Below are positions 17,761 through 27,308 of a DNA stretch of 64,000 nucleotides, piece after piece (positions within the stretch are counted from its first letter, which is position 1; each line of letters begins with the position of its first letter). A program made the translations under genes and the position numbers. Source of the stretch: Melioribacter roseus (GTDB lineage Bacteria > Bacteroidota > Ignavibacteria > Ignavibacteriales > Melioribacteraceae). Below the pieces are notes generated by a model that searched no databases, was not told the origin of the DNA, and saw only the letters and a list, made by a program, of their open reading frames with translations. The stretch spans positions 4,674-68,673 of the forward strand of contig DYHH01000001.1 of NCBI GenBank assembly GCA_020724265.1. The letters are read 5' to 3'.

Positions 17761-20700
17761 TTGATCCGACTAATCACTACATCATTATCAGTTTTGCTTT
17801 TTTCGGTTACAATTTTTGCTCAGGAATATAAAAATGCAACTATTGTTACCGATACCTTTCAAGTTAATTTTTATAATGAATATTACCTGAGTGCAGTCGC
17901 AATTATACCAAATAGCGAATCAGTAAAATTAAATAAGCGTGTACTTACCCCGGACGAATATAATCTCAGTCTTCAAAAAGGGAAAATCAGTTTAGATACA
18001 AAACTTAATTTCCGTCTAATCGATACTCTTTTTGTAACATACCAAACTTTTAGATTATCCTTACAGAAAGAATTTAAGCGGAGATCACTAATTGTTAGAT
18101 ATGACTCAGCTTTACGTGATACGATTCGCATTGCTCAAATCGAAACATCAAGTTTTACATCCGATGCTATATTCGGTCAAAATATTCAAAAGAGTGGTTC
18201 GATTGTTCGCGGTTTCACCGTAGGAACCAACAAAGATTTTACATTGGAAAGCGGACTCCGACTTCAGTTATCCGGTAGACTATCCGATGATATTGAAATT
18301 GTAGCGGCACTTACCGATGAGAATACACCAATTCAACCGGAAGGAAATACCGAAACTTTAGACGAACTTGATAAGGTTTTTATAGAAGTTCGTCATCCAA
18401 ATGTAATTGGAACCTTCGGAGATTATGATTACGTAGAAAGTGTAGGAGAGTTCGGAAGGGTAAATAGAAAACTGCAGGGATTAAAAGGTGAATTTCTATT
18501 CGAAGATTTTAACGCAGTTGGTGCAATTGCCGGTTCACGCGGTAAGTTTACCTCAAATCAGTTTAACGGTGAAGAAGGTAATCAAGGACCTTATAGATTA
18601 TTCGGTGCTAATAACGAAAATAATATAATAATTATTGCAGGCAGTGAACGTGTTTTCGTTGACGGTGAACAAATGAAAAGAGGCGAGAACAATGATTACA
18701 CGATAGAATATGCAAATGCGGAAATAACTTTTACTCCTAATCGTTTGATAACATCTGCAACCCGGATTACTGTTGATTTTGAATATTCAGATAGGCAATA
18801 TCAACGAAATTTTTTTGCCGGTAATGTTAAAAACAAATTCTTTGATGATAGGTTAAAAGTTAGTGTAGGTTTCTTTCAAGAGAGTGATGATAAAAATAAC
18901 CCGGTTGATATTTCTATAGGGGATAATGAGCGAGCAATTCTTGAAGCAGCCGGGGATGATAGAAATAAAGCAGTTATAAGCGGTGCACGGCTTGCTCAAC
19001 CGGATTCTTTAGGGCAACTTCGAGGTTTGTATGAAAGAATAGATACAACTATTAATGGTGAAACATTTTCTTATTATTTCTACAACCCGGGAAGTGACAG
19101 TGCGATTTATAATGTAGGATTTACTTATGTTGGTGTCGGTCAAGGTGACTATTTAAAAAGAGGTTTGGGTAATTATGAATTTATCGGTATCGGGCTTGGT
19201 AATTATCTCCCGATAATTTATTTACCTCTACCATCATCGGTACAATTAGCCAATATTGTTGTTGAAGGAAGTCCATTAAAGAATCTTAATATTAAATTAG
19301 AACTAGCAGGTAGTAATTGGGATAGAAATACTTTTTCGTCGATTGATGACGGAGATAATTTTGGTTATGCAAGGAATATTCAAGTTGTTCTCGAACCATC
19401 GGAAGTACAAATTGGCAGCCTTAATTTTGGTAAGTTCGGCCTAAGTTATAAAGACAGATATATTCAAGATAAATTTACAGCTATTGATAGGGTTGATGAG
19501 ATAGAGTTTAACAGACATTATAACATTACGGACACTGATAGATTTAATGAAGAACTTCGTGAAATTGGAGTTACAATTATCCCGATTGATAACTTGAATA
19601 TATTTTCACAATACGGAATGCTCAAACGAGGAGATGTTTTTTCTTCTGATCGTTTTTTAAGTAAAGTAAGACTAACTAATCCAGAAGCAGTAAATCTTAT
19701 TTACAATATTGATTACGTTAGCTCATCTTCTAGCGGGTTTTCAACTAACTGGACAAAACAAGACGGTAATACATTTTATAAATATGGAATAATTAAACCC
19801 GGGTTCAAATTCTTTCATGAAAACCGGGAAGATTATGATTCACGCGATTCACTTCTTACAAGCAGTTTAAGATATCTAGAATATACTCCTTACTTTGAGC
19901 TAATAAATTGGAGTGGTTTTAATCTACTTTCCGAGTATTCAATAAGAGAAGAATCATTCCCGCTTAACGGTGCAATTCAAAAACAATCTGATGTCAATAC
20001 AAGTAACTTCAGATTATCATACAGTGGTTTGAGAGAATTTAACACTTCGTTGAATTTTACGCTTCGCAATAAAAAGTTCACCGAGGATTTTAAAAAACTC
20101 GGTTATCTTGATTCCGAAACAATACTTATACGTTCGCAGTCAAGGTTTAATCTATTTGATAGATTTTTAGACGGAGATTTATTTTACGAAGTATCAACAC
20201 AAAAGAGTGCAAGGCAGGAAAAAGTATTTGTAAAAGTTGAAAAAGGTAATGGAAACTATATTTACTTAGGTGACTTAAATAATAACGGTATAAAAGACGA
20301 GAACGAATTTGAACCGGCTATCTTTGACGGAGAATATATTTTAGTTACTGTTCCTACAGATGAACTATTCCCGGTAATCGATTTGAAAACAAGTACAAGA
20401 TGGAAAGCCGATTTTGCAAGGATATTAAACGGAAATTCTTTTATCGAAAAAATATTAAAACCGTTATCAACAGAAACATTTTGGAGAATTGAAGAGAACA
20501 GTAAAGAACCTGATACAAAGAAAATATACTTACTTAATTTCTCAAGTTTCTTGAATGATTCTACAACTATACGCGGTTCTAATCTTTTCCAGCAAGATAT
20601 TTTTATCTTCAAAAACAGAAACGATCTTTCCTTTAGATTTCGTTTCACTCAAAGAAAAAACCTTAATCAATTTGCCGGTGGAACTGAACGAGGATTCTTC

Positions 20701-21219
20701 AAAGAGCGTAGTATTAGAATAAGGTTTCAAATGGTAGAAGAGATTAGCAATCAAACTGAATATAAAAATATAATTGATAATAACGCAGCTCCAATTACCT
20801 CAAATCGTTCTCGCCGAGTTACGATTAATGATCTATCGAGTGATTTTTCTTACAGACCTCAGCGTAATTTAGAAATTGGATTTATAATTCGTGTTGCAGA
20901 GAATAAAGACGAATTTCCCGAAGAACCTACAATTATTAACGAGAATGCTCAGACTGTTAGAATGAATATGAATTTCAGCGGCAGAGGTAGATTAAGAGTA
21001 GAACTTGAAAGAAATGAATTGGTTGCCAACCAAACATCAAATCCGATTCCTTTTGAAATAACTAAAGGTCGTTTAATCGGTAAAAATTATTTCTGGCGAG
21101 TCAATTTTGATTACCGAATTGCCGGTAACCTTCAGACAACGTTGGGATATGACGGCAGACTGCAAGGTGCCGGTAAAATCGTTCATACAATGCGAGCTGA
21201 AGCAAGAGCCTATTTTTGA
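17761..21219 (+). CDS. Large (1152 aa) secreted protein, probable outer-membrane beta-barrel; function unknown
   Basis: Signal peptide (LSVLLFSVTIFAQE). Long stretches have alternating-polarity, Asn/Tyr/Phe-rich beta-type composition. The C-terminus ...MRAEARAYF ends in an aromatic residue, as in BAM beta-signals. No catalytic motif recognised. TTG start. Confidence 0.55.
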   Translation: MIRLITTSLSVLLFSVTIFAQEYKNATIVTDTFQVNFYNEYYLSAVAIIPNSESVKLNKRVLTPDEYNLSLQKGKISLDTKLNFRLIDTLFVTYQTFRLSLQKEFKRRSLIVRYDSALRDTIRIAQIETSSFTSDAIFGQNIQKSGSIVRGFTVGTNKDFTLESGLRLQLSGRLSDDIEIVAALTDENTPIQPEGNTETLDELDKVFIEVRHPNVIGTFGDYDYVESVGEFGRVNRKLQGLKGEFLFEDFNAVGAIAGSRGKFTSNQFNGEEGNQGPYRLFGANNENNIIIIAGSERVFVDGEQMKRGENNDYTIEYANAEITFTPNRLITSATRITVDFEYSDRQYQRNFFAGNVKNKFFDDRLKVSVGFFQESDDKNNPVDISIGDNERAILEAAGDDRNKAVISGARLAQPDSLGQLRGLYERIDTTINGETFSYYFYNPGSDSAIYNVGFTYVGVGQGDYLKRGLGNYEFIGIGLGNYLPIIYLPLPSSVQLANIVVEGSPLKNLNIKLELAGSNWDRNTFSSIDDGDNFGYARNIQVVLEPSEVQIGSLNFGKFGLSYKDRYIQDKFTAIDRVDEIEFNRHYNITDTDRFNEELREIGVTIIPIDNLNIFSQYGMLKRGDVFSSDRFLSKVRLTNPEAVNLIYNIDYVSSSSSGFSTNWTKQDGNTFYKYGIIKPGFKFFHENREDYDSRDSLLTSSLRYLEYTPYFELINWSGFNLLSEYSIREESFPLNGAIQKQSDVNTSNFRLSYSGLREFNTSLNFTLRNKKFTEDFKKLGYLDSETILIRSQSRFNLFDRFLDGDLFYEVSTQKSARQEKVFVKVEKGNGNYIYLGDLNNNGIKDENEFEPAIFDGEYILVTVPTDELFPVIDLKTSTRWKADFARILNGNSFIEKILKPLSTETFWRIEENSKEPDTKKIYLLNFSSFLNDSTTIRGSNLFQQDIFIFKNRNDLSFRFRFTQRKNLNQFAGGTERGFFKERSIRIRFQMVEEISNQTEYKNIIDNNAAPITSNRSRRVTINDLSSDFSYRPQRNLEIGFIIRVAENKDEFPEEPTIINENAQTVRMNMNFSGRGRLRVELERNELVANQTSNPIPFEITKGRLIGKNYFWRVNFDYRIAGNLQTTLGYDGRLQGAGKIVHTMRAEARAYF

Positions 21220-21301
21220 TTCATACAAAACATATTTTTCTACTATAAGTTTGGATACTACTTACCTTTTTATGATTTTTGTTTGTACAAAGTTTACTGT
21301 T

Positions 21302-21766
21302 ATGAAGTTAACATCCTTCTTAATTGAAGCACATATTTTTCGTCAATCCCAAAACGGTGATATAGAATTTCTTCTTCTAAAAAGAGCGGAGGACGAAAAG
21401 TATCCCGGTATTTGGCAAATGGTGACCGGTTCAAATAAAAAAAGTGAAAAAGCTTTTCAAACTGCTATTAGAGAAATTAAAGAGGAGACAGGCCTCGTAC
21501 CGAAAAAAATGTGGGTTGTACCCAATGTAAACTCTTTCTATGAACCTGGTAAAGATTATATTTGCATGGTGCCTGTATTTGCCGCTTTGGTTGAAAATAA
21601 TTCCAATGTAGCTGTTTCCAATGAACATACTGAATTTAAATGGGCTGGTCTTGACGAAACTAAAAAATTATTAGCATGGAAAGGGCAGCGAGCTTCGGTT
21701 GATACAATTCATGAGTACTTTACAAAAGAAAAAAGTTTTCTAAATTTTGTTGAGATAAAATTATAA
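21302..21766 (+). CDS. NUDIX hydrolase
   Basis: Nudix box GSNKKSEKAFQTAIREIKEETGL (Gx5Ex7REUxEExGU). The ATG at 21302 lies just past the upstream gene's stop. The ORF-track start 21107 would overlap that gene by 113 nt. Confidence 0.8.
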   Translation: MKLTSFLIEAHIFRQSQNGDIEFLLLKRAEDEKYPGIWQMVTGSNKKSEKAFQTAIREIKEETGLVPKKMWVVPNVNSFYEPGKDYICMVPVFAALVENNSNVAVSNEHTEFKWAGLDETKKLLAWKGQRASVDTIHEYFTKEKSFLNFVEIKL

Positions 21767-21779
21767 CAGGAGAAATGTT

Positions 21780-22697
21780 TTGAGCATACTAATTGTCGGT
21801 TCAATTGCTTTAGATACCGTCGAAACACCGTTTGATAAAGTTGAAAATGCGCTTGGCGGTTCGGCAACATACTTTTCTTTAGCAGCAAGTTACTTCACCG
21901 GACCTATCAACCTTGTCGGAGTTGTTGGTGAAGATTTTTCTAAAGAAAATATAAAACTTCTCGAAGATCATCACGTTGATTTGGAAGGACTTCAAATTGT
22001 TGAAGGAGGAAAAACTTTTCGCTGGGGCGGGAAGTATCATTACGATTTAAACAATCGTGATACTTTATTCACCGAATTAAATGTCTTCAAAGATTTTGAT
22101 CCAATAATCCCGGATAAATACAGAAAAAGCAGCCATGTTGTCCTTGGTAATATTCAGCCGGAACTCCAGTTAAAGGTTTTAGAACAATTGGATAATCCTA
22201 AGTTTATTGTTTGTGATACAATGAACTTTTGGATTGAAGGTGCAAAAACAGAATTGTTGAAAGTTTTGAAACATGTTCATGTATTGATTATAAATGATTC
22301 CGAAGCAAGATTACTAACACACGAACCGAACTTAATTAAAGCCGCATCAATGATAAGAGAAATGGGACCGGAATATTTAATTATCAAAAAAGGTGAGCAT
22401 GGAGCTTTATTATTCGGTGAACACATGGTATTTTCTGCACCTGCTTATCCTTTAGAAAATATTTATGATCCTACGGGAGCGGGCGATAGTTTTGCAGGAG
22501 GGTTTGCCGGATATATGCACAAAACTAGCGATTTCAGTTTCGAGAATATCAAGCGTGCTGTTATCTACGGCAGTGCAATGGCTTCTTTCTGTGTTGAGAA
22601 ATTCAGCACAAAAGGCTTGGAGGATCTTTCTACTTTACAAATACATTCGAGATTTTTAGAGTTTAGAGAACTATCAAAATTTGAAGACGATGAATGA
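21780..22697 (+). CDS. PfkB-family (ribokinase-like) carbohydrate/nucleoside kinase; substrate unknown
   Basis: PfkB signature DPTGAGDSFAGGF near the C-terminus and N-terminal GSIALDTV...LGGSATY. TTG start preceded by AGGAG at 21769..21773. Confidence 0.85.
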   Translation: MSILIVGSIALDTVETPFDKVENALGGSATYFSLAASYFTGPINLVGVVGEDFSKENIKLLEDHHVDLEGLQIVEGGKTFRWGGKYHYDLNNRDTLFTELNVFKDFDPIIPDKYRKSSHVVLGNIQPELQLKVLEQLDNPKFIVCDTMNFWIEGAKTELLKVLKHVHVLIINDSEARLLTHEPNLIKAASMIREMGPEYLIIKKGEHGALLFGEHMVFSAPAYPLENIYDPTGAGDSFAGGFAGYMHKTSDFSFENIKRAVIYGSAMASFCVEKFSTKGLEDLSTLQIHSRFLEFRELSKFEDDE

Positions 22698-23694
22698 TTT
22701 TAAAGCAGTAGAATATAAAAACGGTAAACTTGTTTTTCTCGATCAAACAAAACTCCCTCTCGCAGAAGTATACATAGAAACCGATGATTATGAAAGAATA
22801 GCTCAAGCAATTGAAAGATTAGAAGTTAGGGGAGCTCCTCAAATCGGAGTAGTTGCCGCTTACGGAATTGCTTTAGCTTTTAAAAATAATATTGATAATC
22901 CAATAGAACATTTCTCTAAAGTTTATAATAGATTATTCAACACTAGACCTACAGCAGTAAATCTATTCTGGGCATTAAATAGAATGAAAACATTCTTTGA
23001 GAAGATTACCGACCAAAAAGAATTATTTTATCTACTAATAAATGAAGCACAGTCAATCCATAACGATGACGTTGAGAAGTGCGATAATATTGCTTCAAAC
23101 GGATTAAAAATATTTGATAAACCAAAATCAGTTTTAACACATTGTAACACTGGCCAACTTGCAACCGGAGGCGGCGGGACAGCTTTTTATGTTATTAAAA
23201 AAGCATATCAAAAAAAATTAATAAAATTTGTTTACGCCGATGAAACAAGACCTCTTTTACAAGGAAGTAGACTTACCGCATTTGAACTTGACAAAGCAAG
23301 TATTCCATTCAAAATCATAACTGACTCAACTGCGGCTGTTTTAATGTCACAAGGAAAGATTGATATTGTTATCACCGGTGCGGATAGAATTGCATCAAAC
23401 GGCGATACGGCAAATAAAATTGGGACTTACAACCTAGCTGTGTTATGTAATTACCATAATATTCCTTTTTACGTCGCAGCACCAACTTCAACAATAGATA
23501 CTTCTCTAAATTCTGGAGATCAAATTCAAATTGAAGAAAGAAATAAAGATGAAATAATAAAAATAAACGGTCAGCTTGTTACAAAAGAAAATTACGATGT
23601 ATTTTCACCGGCATTTGATGTAACACCTCATAAATTAATTCACGGAATCATTACAGAAGTAGCTTTACATAATCCACCTTATAATTTCAGATGA
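22690..23694 (+). CDS. mtnA: Methylthioribose-1-phosphate isomerase (MtnA / eIF-2B-related family)
   Basis: MtnA-type N-terminus (GKLVFLDQTKLP...VRGAPQIGVVAAYG). Also TRPTAVNLFWAL, CNTG...GTA, and ADETRPLLQG...GADRIASNGDTANKIGTY. The ATG at 22690 overlaps the kinase gene's end by 8 nt. Confidence 0.85.
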   Translation: MNDFKAVEYKNGKLVFLDQTKLPLAEVYIETDDYERIAQAIERLEVRGAPQIGVVAAYGIALAFKNNIDNPIEHFSKVYNRLFNTRPTAVNLFWALNRMKTFFEKITDQKELFYLLINEAQSIHNDDVEKCDNIASNGLKIFDKPKSVLTHCNTGQLATGGGGTAFYVIKKAYQKKLIKFVYADETRPLLQGSRLTAFELDKASIPFKIITDSTAAVLMSQGKIDIVITGADRIASNGDTANKIGTYNLAVLCNYHNIPFYVAAPTSTIDTSLNSGDQIQIEERNKDEIIKINGQLVTKENYDVFSPAFDVTPHKLIHGIITEVALHNPPYNFR

Positions 23695-24428
23695 GCAATC
23701 TTCAAAAAACAAGAGCAATTGTATTGTCGAAATTAAATTTTGGCGATACAAGTAAAATTGTAACTCTTTACACAGAGGATTATGGCAAGGAGACTTGCAT
23801 AATAAAAGGGGGTCGTTCGGCTAAATCTAAAATCGGTGGAATTATTGATGTTATGAATCACATTGAAGTTGTTTTTTATAAAAAAGAAAATCGTGAAATG
23901 CAGTTAATCAGCCAGTCCGATCTTATCTCACATTATCCTCATATCAAAGAGAATCTTGACTCACTAAAATATGCTGCAAGTGTTTTAGAGCTATTGTATT
24001 CGCTTACTATAGCTAACGAGGTTAATAAAAAATTATACAAAGGTTCCGTTAAAATATTGGACATGATGAACGATTCTTCAGATAACCCACAATTATTATT
24101 TGTAAAGTATTTTTTGTTTTTTCTTGACGAATTGGGATATTCATTAAAAGAATATAATTGTAAAAAATGCAGTAAAGATTTCTCTGAGTCTGAAGTAATC
24201 TACTATAATCATGAAAGAGGTTTTTTATGTCCGGATTGCGGTAAAAACGAGATAGTTAATTATGAATTTTCAAAGGAACTTTTCAATTTATTAATTTGTC
24301 TAAGCGCTAAACAAAATCAATGTACTTATTCATTTGAAAACTTAAAAAAATTGATTCTGTTTTTTGAAAAATTTCTAAAGTATCACGTCCCGGAATTTAA
24401 AGGGTTAAAATCAATTTACACACTATAA
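23691..24428 (+). CDS. recO: DNA repair protein RecO
   Basis: N-terminal OB-fold pattern (TRAIVLSKLNFGDTSKIVTLYTEDYGK) and a C-terminal CxxC...CxxC zinc finger (CKKCSK...CPDCGK). 4-nt overlap with mtnA. Confidence 0.85.
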   Translation: MSNLQKTRAIVLSKLNFGDTSKIVTLYTEDYGKETCIIKGGRSAKSKIGGIIDVMNHIEVVFYKKENREMQLISQSDLISHYPHIKENLDSLKYAASVLELLYSLTIANEVNKKLYKGSVKILDMMNDSSDNPQLLFVKYFLFFLDELGYSLKEYNCKKCSKDFSESEVIYYNHERGFLCPDCGKNEIVNYEFSKELFNLLICLSAKQNQCTYSFENLKKLILFFEKFLKYHVPEFKGLKSIYTL

Positions 24429-24454
24429 GATTAGTTTTGTTTGGAGGATATATT

Positions 24455-25957
24455 ATGCGTATTAAAAATATTGCCGCGGCGTTAACTCTGCTTGTTATTG
24501 GAGTTATTTTTGGTGCAATTTTAGTCTCAAATTTTGGCTGGGTAAGACCTTCGTTAGCCGAAGTTGTTATCGGATCACAAGAAGCGCCGGTTCAAAATAT
24601 AGATCCGGAATTACTTTCATTCAACAATGCTTTTATTGAAGTTGCCGAAAAAGTAACCCCCTCTATTGTCCAAGTTAGAGTAATTTCTAGAATTGAAAGA
24701 GACGATAGCAGACGTGATCCGTTTCATTTTTTCATGCCGTTTAGAGAAGACATTCCTAGAGAAAGACAAGGTTCAGGAAGCGGTGTAATAATTTCTGAAG
24801 ATGGTTATATCCTAACCAATAATCACGTTGTTGATAATGCATCACAAGTAACTGTCGATTTATCAGATCGCAGAACTTTTGATGCCGAGGTTGTCGGAAC
24901 CGATCCGCTGACTGATCTCGCCGTAATTAAAATTAATGCAAATGATCTTGATGTTGCCTTTTTAGGTGACTCGGATAAAATAAAAGTCGGGCAGTGGGTT
25001 ATGGCAATTGGTAATCCGTTGGCGTTTACTTCAACTGTTACTGCTGGAATTGTAAGCGCAACCGGAAGAAGTCTTAATCTTATAAAAGATAGCTATGGAG
25101 TAGAAAATTATATTCAAACAGATGCGGTAATTAATAGAGGCAACAGCGGAGGTGCATTGGTTGATTTAAGCGGTGCGGTTATCGGTATTAATACTGCAAT
25201 TGCTACCGACGGAATCACATCAAGTTATATTGGTTATGGTTTTGCTATTCCTATTAATCTTGCAAAATCAGTTGCCAGAGATTTAATAGCATTCGGAAGT
25301 ATTAAAAGAGGTTACATCGGTGTTAGAATTGAAGCAGTAAATGCGGCCACTGCAAAGGCAATCGGTCTTGATAAACCCAAAGGAGTTTTAATTCAGGATG
25401 TAATGGAAGATGGTGCTGCTTCGCAAGAAGATATTAAAGCCGGTGATGTTATCCTTAAAGTAGATGATCTTGAAGTGAATCAACCGAATGAACTGCAATC
25501 GTATATTGCTAAACAAAGAGCAGGCGAATCAGTAACATTAACTTTGTTTAGAGACGGCAAAACTATAAATCGATCGGTAACATTAAAAGCTCGCGATGAA
25601 GATGAAACAGCGGTATCTGCTTCAAACGATAAAAAACCGGAACGTGATCTTGATAGAAAGATTACCGAGCTGGAAGTTGAAAGTATCGGTTTAAAAGTAA
25701 AAGATATGTCAAATGATCAATTGAAAAGTTTTAAGATAAGTAACGGTATTATTATTACAGAAGTCAAAAGATTCAGCAAAGCTTTTGATCAAGGATTGGG
25801 CAGAGGTTTAGCAATTACAGAAGTCGATAAAAAAGCAATTGAAAATGTTATTGATTTTGAGGATAAAATTAAATCCAAAGCAGGCGATGCAGTGTTATTA
25901 AAAGTTGTTGATTCACAAGGCAATACAAGATTCGTTGGACTGGAAATCCCGAATTAG
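24455..25957 (+). CDS. HtrA/DegP-family periplasmic serine protease with two PDZ domains
   Basis: Catalytic triad context TNNHVV, TDLAVIK, GNSGGALV, followed by two PDZ-like segments. N-terminal TM/signal segment. GGAGG precedes the ATG at 24455. Confidence 0.9.
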   Translation: MRIKNIAAALTLLVIGVIFGAILVSNFGWVRPSLAEVVIGSQEAPVQNIDPELLSFNNAFIEVAEKVTPSIVQVRVISRIERDDSRRDPFHFFMPFREDIPRERQGSGSGVIISEDGYILTNNHVVDNASQVTVDLSDRRTFDAEVVGTDPLTDLAVIKINANDLDVAFLGDSDKIKVGQWVMAIGNPLAFTSTVTAGIVSATGRSLNLIKDSYGVENYIQTDAVINRGNSGGALVDLSGAVIGINTAIATDGITSSYIGYGFAIPINLAKSVARDLIAFGSIKRGYIGVRIEAVNAATAKAIGLDKPKGVLIQDVMEDGAASQEDIKAGDVILKVDDLEVNQPNELQSYIAKQRAGESVTLTLFRDGKTINRSVTLKARDEDETAVSASNDKKPERDLDRKITELEVESIGLKVKDMSNDQLKSFKISNGIIITEVKRFSKAFDQGLGRGLAITEVDKKAIENVIDFEDKIKSKAGDAVLLKVVDSQGNTRFVGLEIPN

Positions 25958-25987
25958 CAAATGAGATCCTTCCATAAAATCTCTAAA

Positions 25988-26017
25988 AGCGTCTCGTTTA
26001 TTGAGACGCTTTTTTTA
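25988..26017 (+). terminator. Rho-independent terminator after the htrA-like gene
   Basis: Perfect 8-bp stem AGCGTCTC (25988..25995) / GAGACGCT (26003..26010), 7-nt loop, followed by TTTTTT. Confidence 0.7.
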
Positions 26018-26049
26018 TATTTGTCTATCTACAATAAACAAGTAATAAT

Positions 26050-27264
26050 ATGATTAGATTTTTAACAGCGGGTGAATCACACGGGAAAAGTTTGACCGCA
26101 ATTGTTGAAGGTTTTCCTTCAAATCTTAAGATAGAAAACGAAGCAATCAATTATCAACTTCGAAGACGTCAGATGGGTTATGGTCGCGGCGGTCGTATGA
26201 AAATTGAATCTGATTCCGCTGAAATTATCTCCGGAATACGTTTCAAAAAAACTTTGGGTTCCCCCATCTCTCTTATTATTAAAAATAATGATTGGGAAAA
26301 CTGGACCGATGCAATGTCACCTGAAAGTCAAAGACCAAAAGATTTGGAATACATTTCCGTTCCCCGACCGGGTCATGCGGATTTAGTCGGTGTTACAAAA
26401 TATAATTTTGACGATATACGAAATTCCATCGAAAGATCCAGTGCGCGTGAAACTGCCGCAAGAGTTGCAGCATGTTCTATCGCAAGAATATTTTTAAAAG
26501 AGTTTGATATTAGTATCGGCAGTTACGTCGAAAGTATCGGTGGTATTTATCCGGAGAAGAATTTCACTGAAAAACTTTTTGATAACAAATTAAACAGAAA
26601 CTTTAGTGGAACTGTACTTTCAGATAAAGCAGATAAAAGTTTGGTTAGAGTTTTAGATAAAACTCACGAATTGAAAATCATCAATAAAATTAAACAAGCA
26701 AAGAAAAAAGGCGATACGCTTGGTGGAAATATTGTTGTCGTTGCCACAGGTGTTCCGGTAGGACTCGGTAGTTTTGTACATTACGATAAAAAACTCGATG
26801 CTGCTATTGCAAATTCAATAATGTCTATAAACGCAGTAAAGGGTGTTGAAATTGGAACCGGTTTACAATCGGCAGATGCATTCGGATCTAAATCGCATGA
26901 TGAAATTATTATTCGTAATGGTATGTTGACAAGAAAAACAAATCGTGCTGGAGGAATTGAAGGCGGTATTTCAACCGGATTACCTATTATTGTTCGAGCA
27001 GCGATGAAACCGATTGCTACTTTAATGTCACCGATACAAACAGTTGATTTAAACGGAATGAAATCAATCAAAGCGAGAAGAGAGAGAAGTGATTTTGTTG
27101 CAGTTCCCGCGTGTGCAGTAATTGCCGAATCAATGCTTGCATGGACTTTAGCCGAATTCTTTATCCAAAAATTCGGCGGCGATTCAATTGAAGAAACTAA
27201 GGATAATTTTAAAAACTATATCCGTAAGTTGAATATTAGATTGAAAAAGAATTTTAGTAAGTAA
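26050..27264 (+). CDS. aroC: Chorismate synthase
   Basis: MIRFLTAGESHGKSLTAIVEGFP, RRQMGYGRGGRMKIE, RPGHADL, SARETAARVA and GGISTG are hallmark AroC motifs. Confidence 0.93.
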   Translation: MIRFLTAGESHGKSLTAIVEGFPSNLKIENEAINYQLRRRQMGYGRGGRMKIESDSAEIISGIRFKKTLGSPISLIIKNNDWENWTDAMSPESQRPKDLEYISVPRPGHADLVGVTKYNFDDIRNSIERSSARETAARVAACSIARIFLKEFDISIGSYVESIGGIYPEKNFTEKLFDNKLNRNFSGTVLSDKADKSLVRVLDKTHELKIINKIKQAKKKGDTLGGNIVVVATGVPVGLGSFVHYDKKLDAAIANSIMSINAVKGVEIGTGLQSADAFGSKSHDEIIIRNGMLTRKTNRAGGIEGGISTGLPIIVRAAMKPIATLMSPIQTVDLNGMKSIKARRERSDFVAVPACAVIAESMLAWTLAEFFIQKFGGDSIEETKDNFKNYIRKLNIRLKKNFSK

Positions 27265-27308
27265 AAAAGTATTAAAAAATTATACTGCAACTAAGGTAGA
27301 TAACAGAT

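Noticed and set aside
21107-21301. The N-terminal 65 codons of the ORF-track call for the NUDIX gene.
   Set aside because: This extension overlaps the 3' end of the 1152-aa gene by 113 nt and has no Nudix-family similarity. The ATG at 21302 gives a normal-length Nudix protein.
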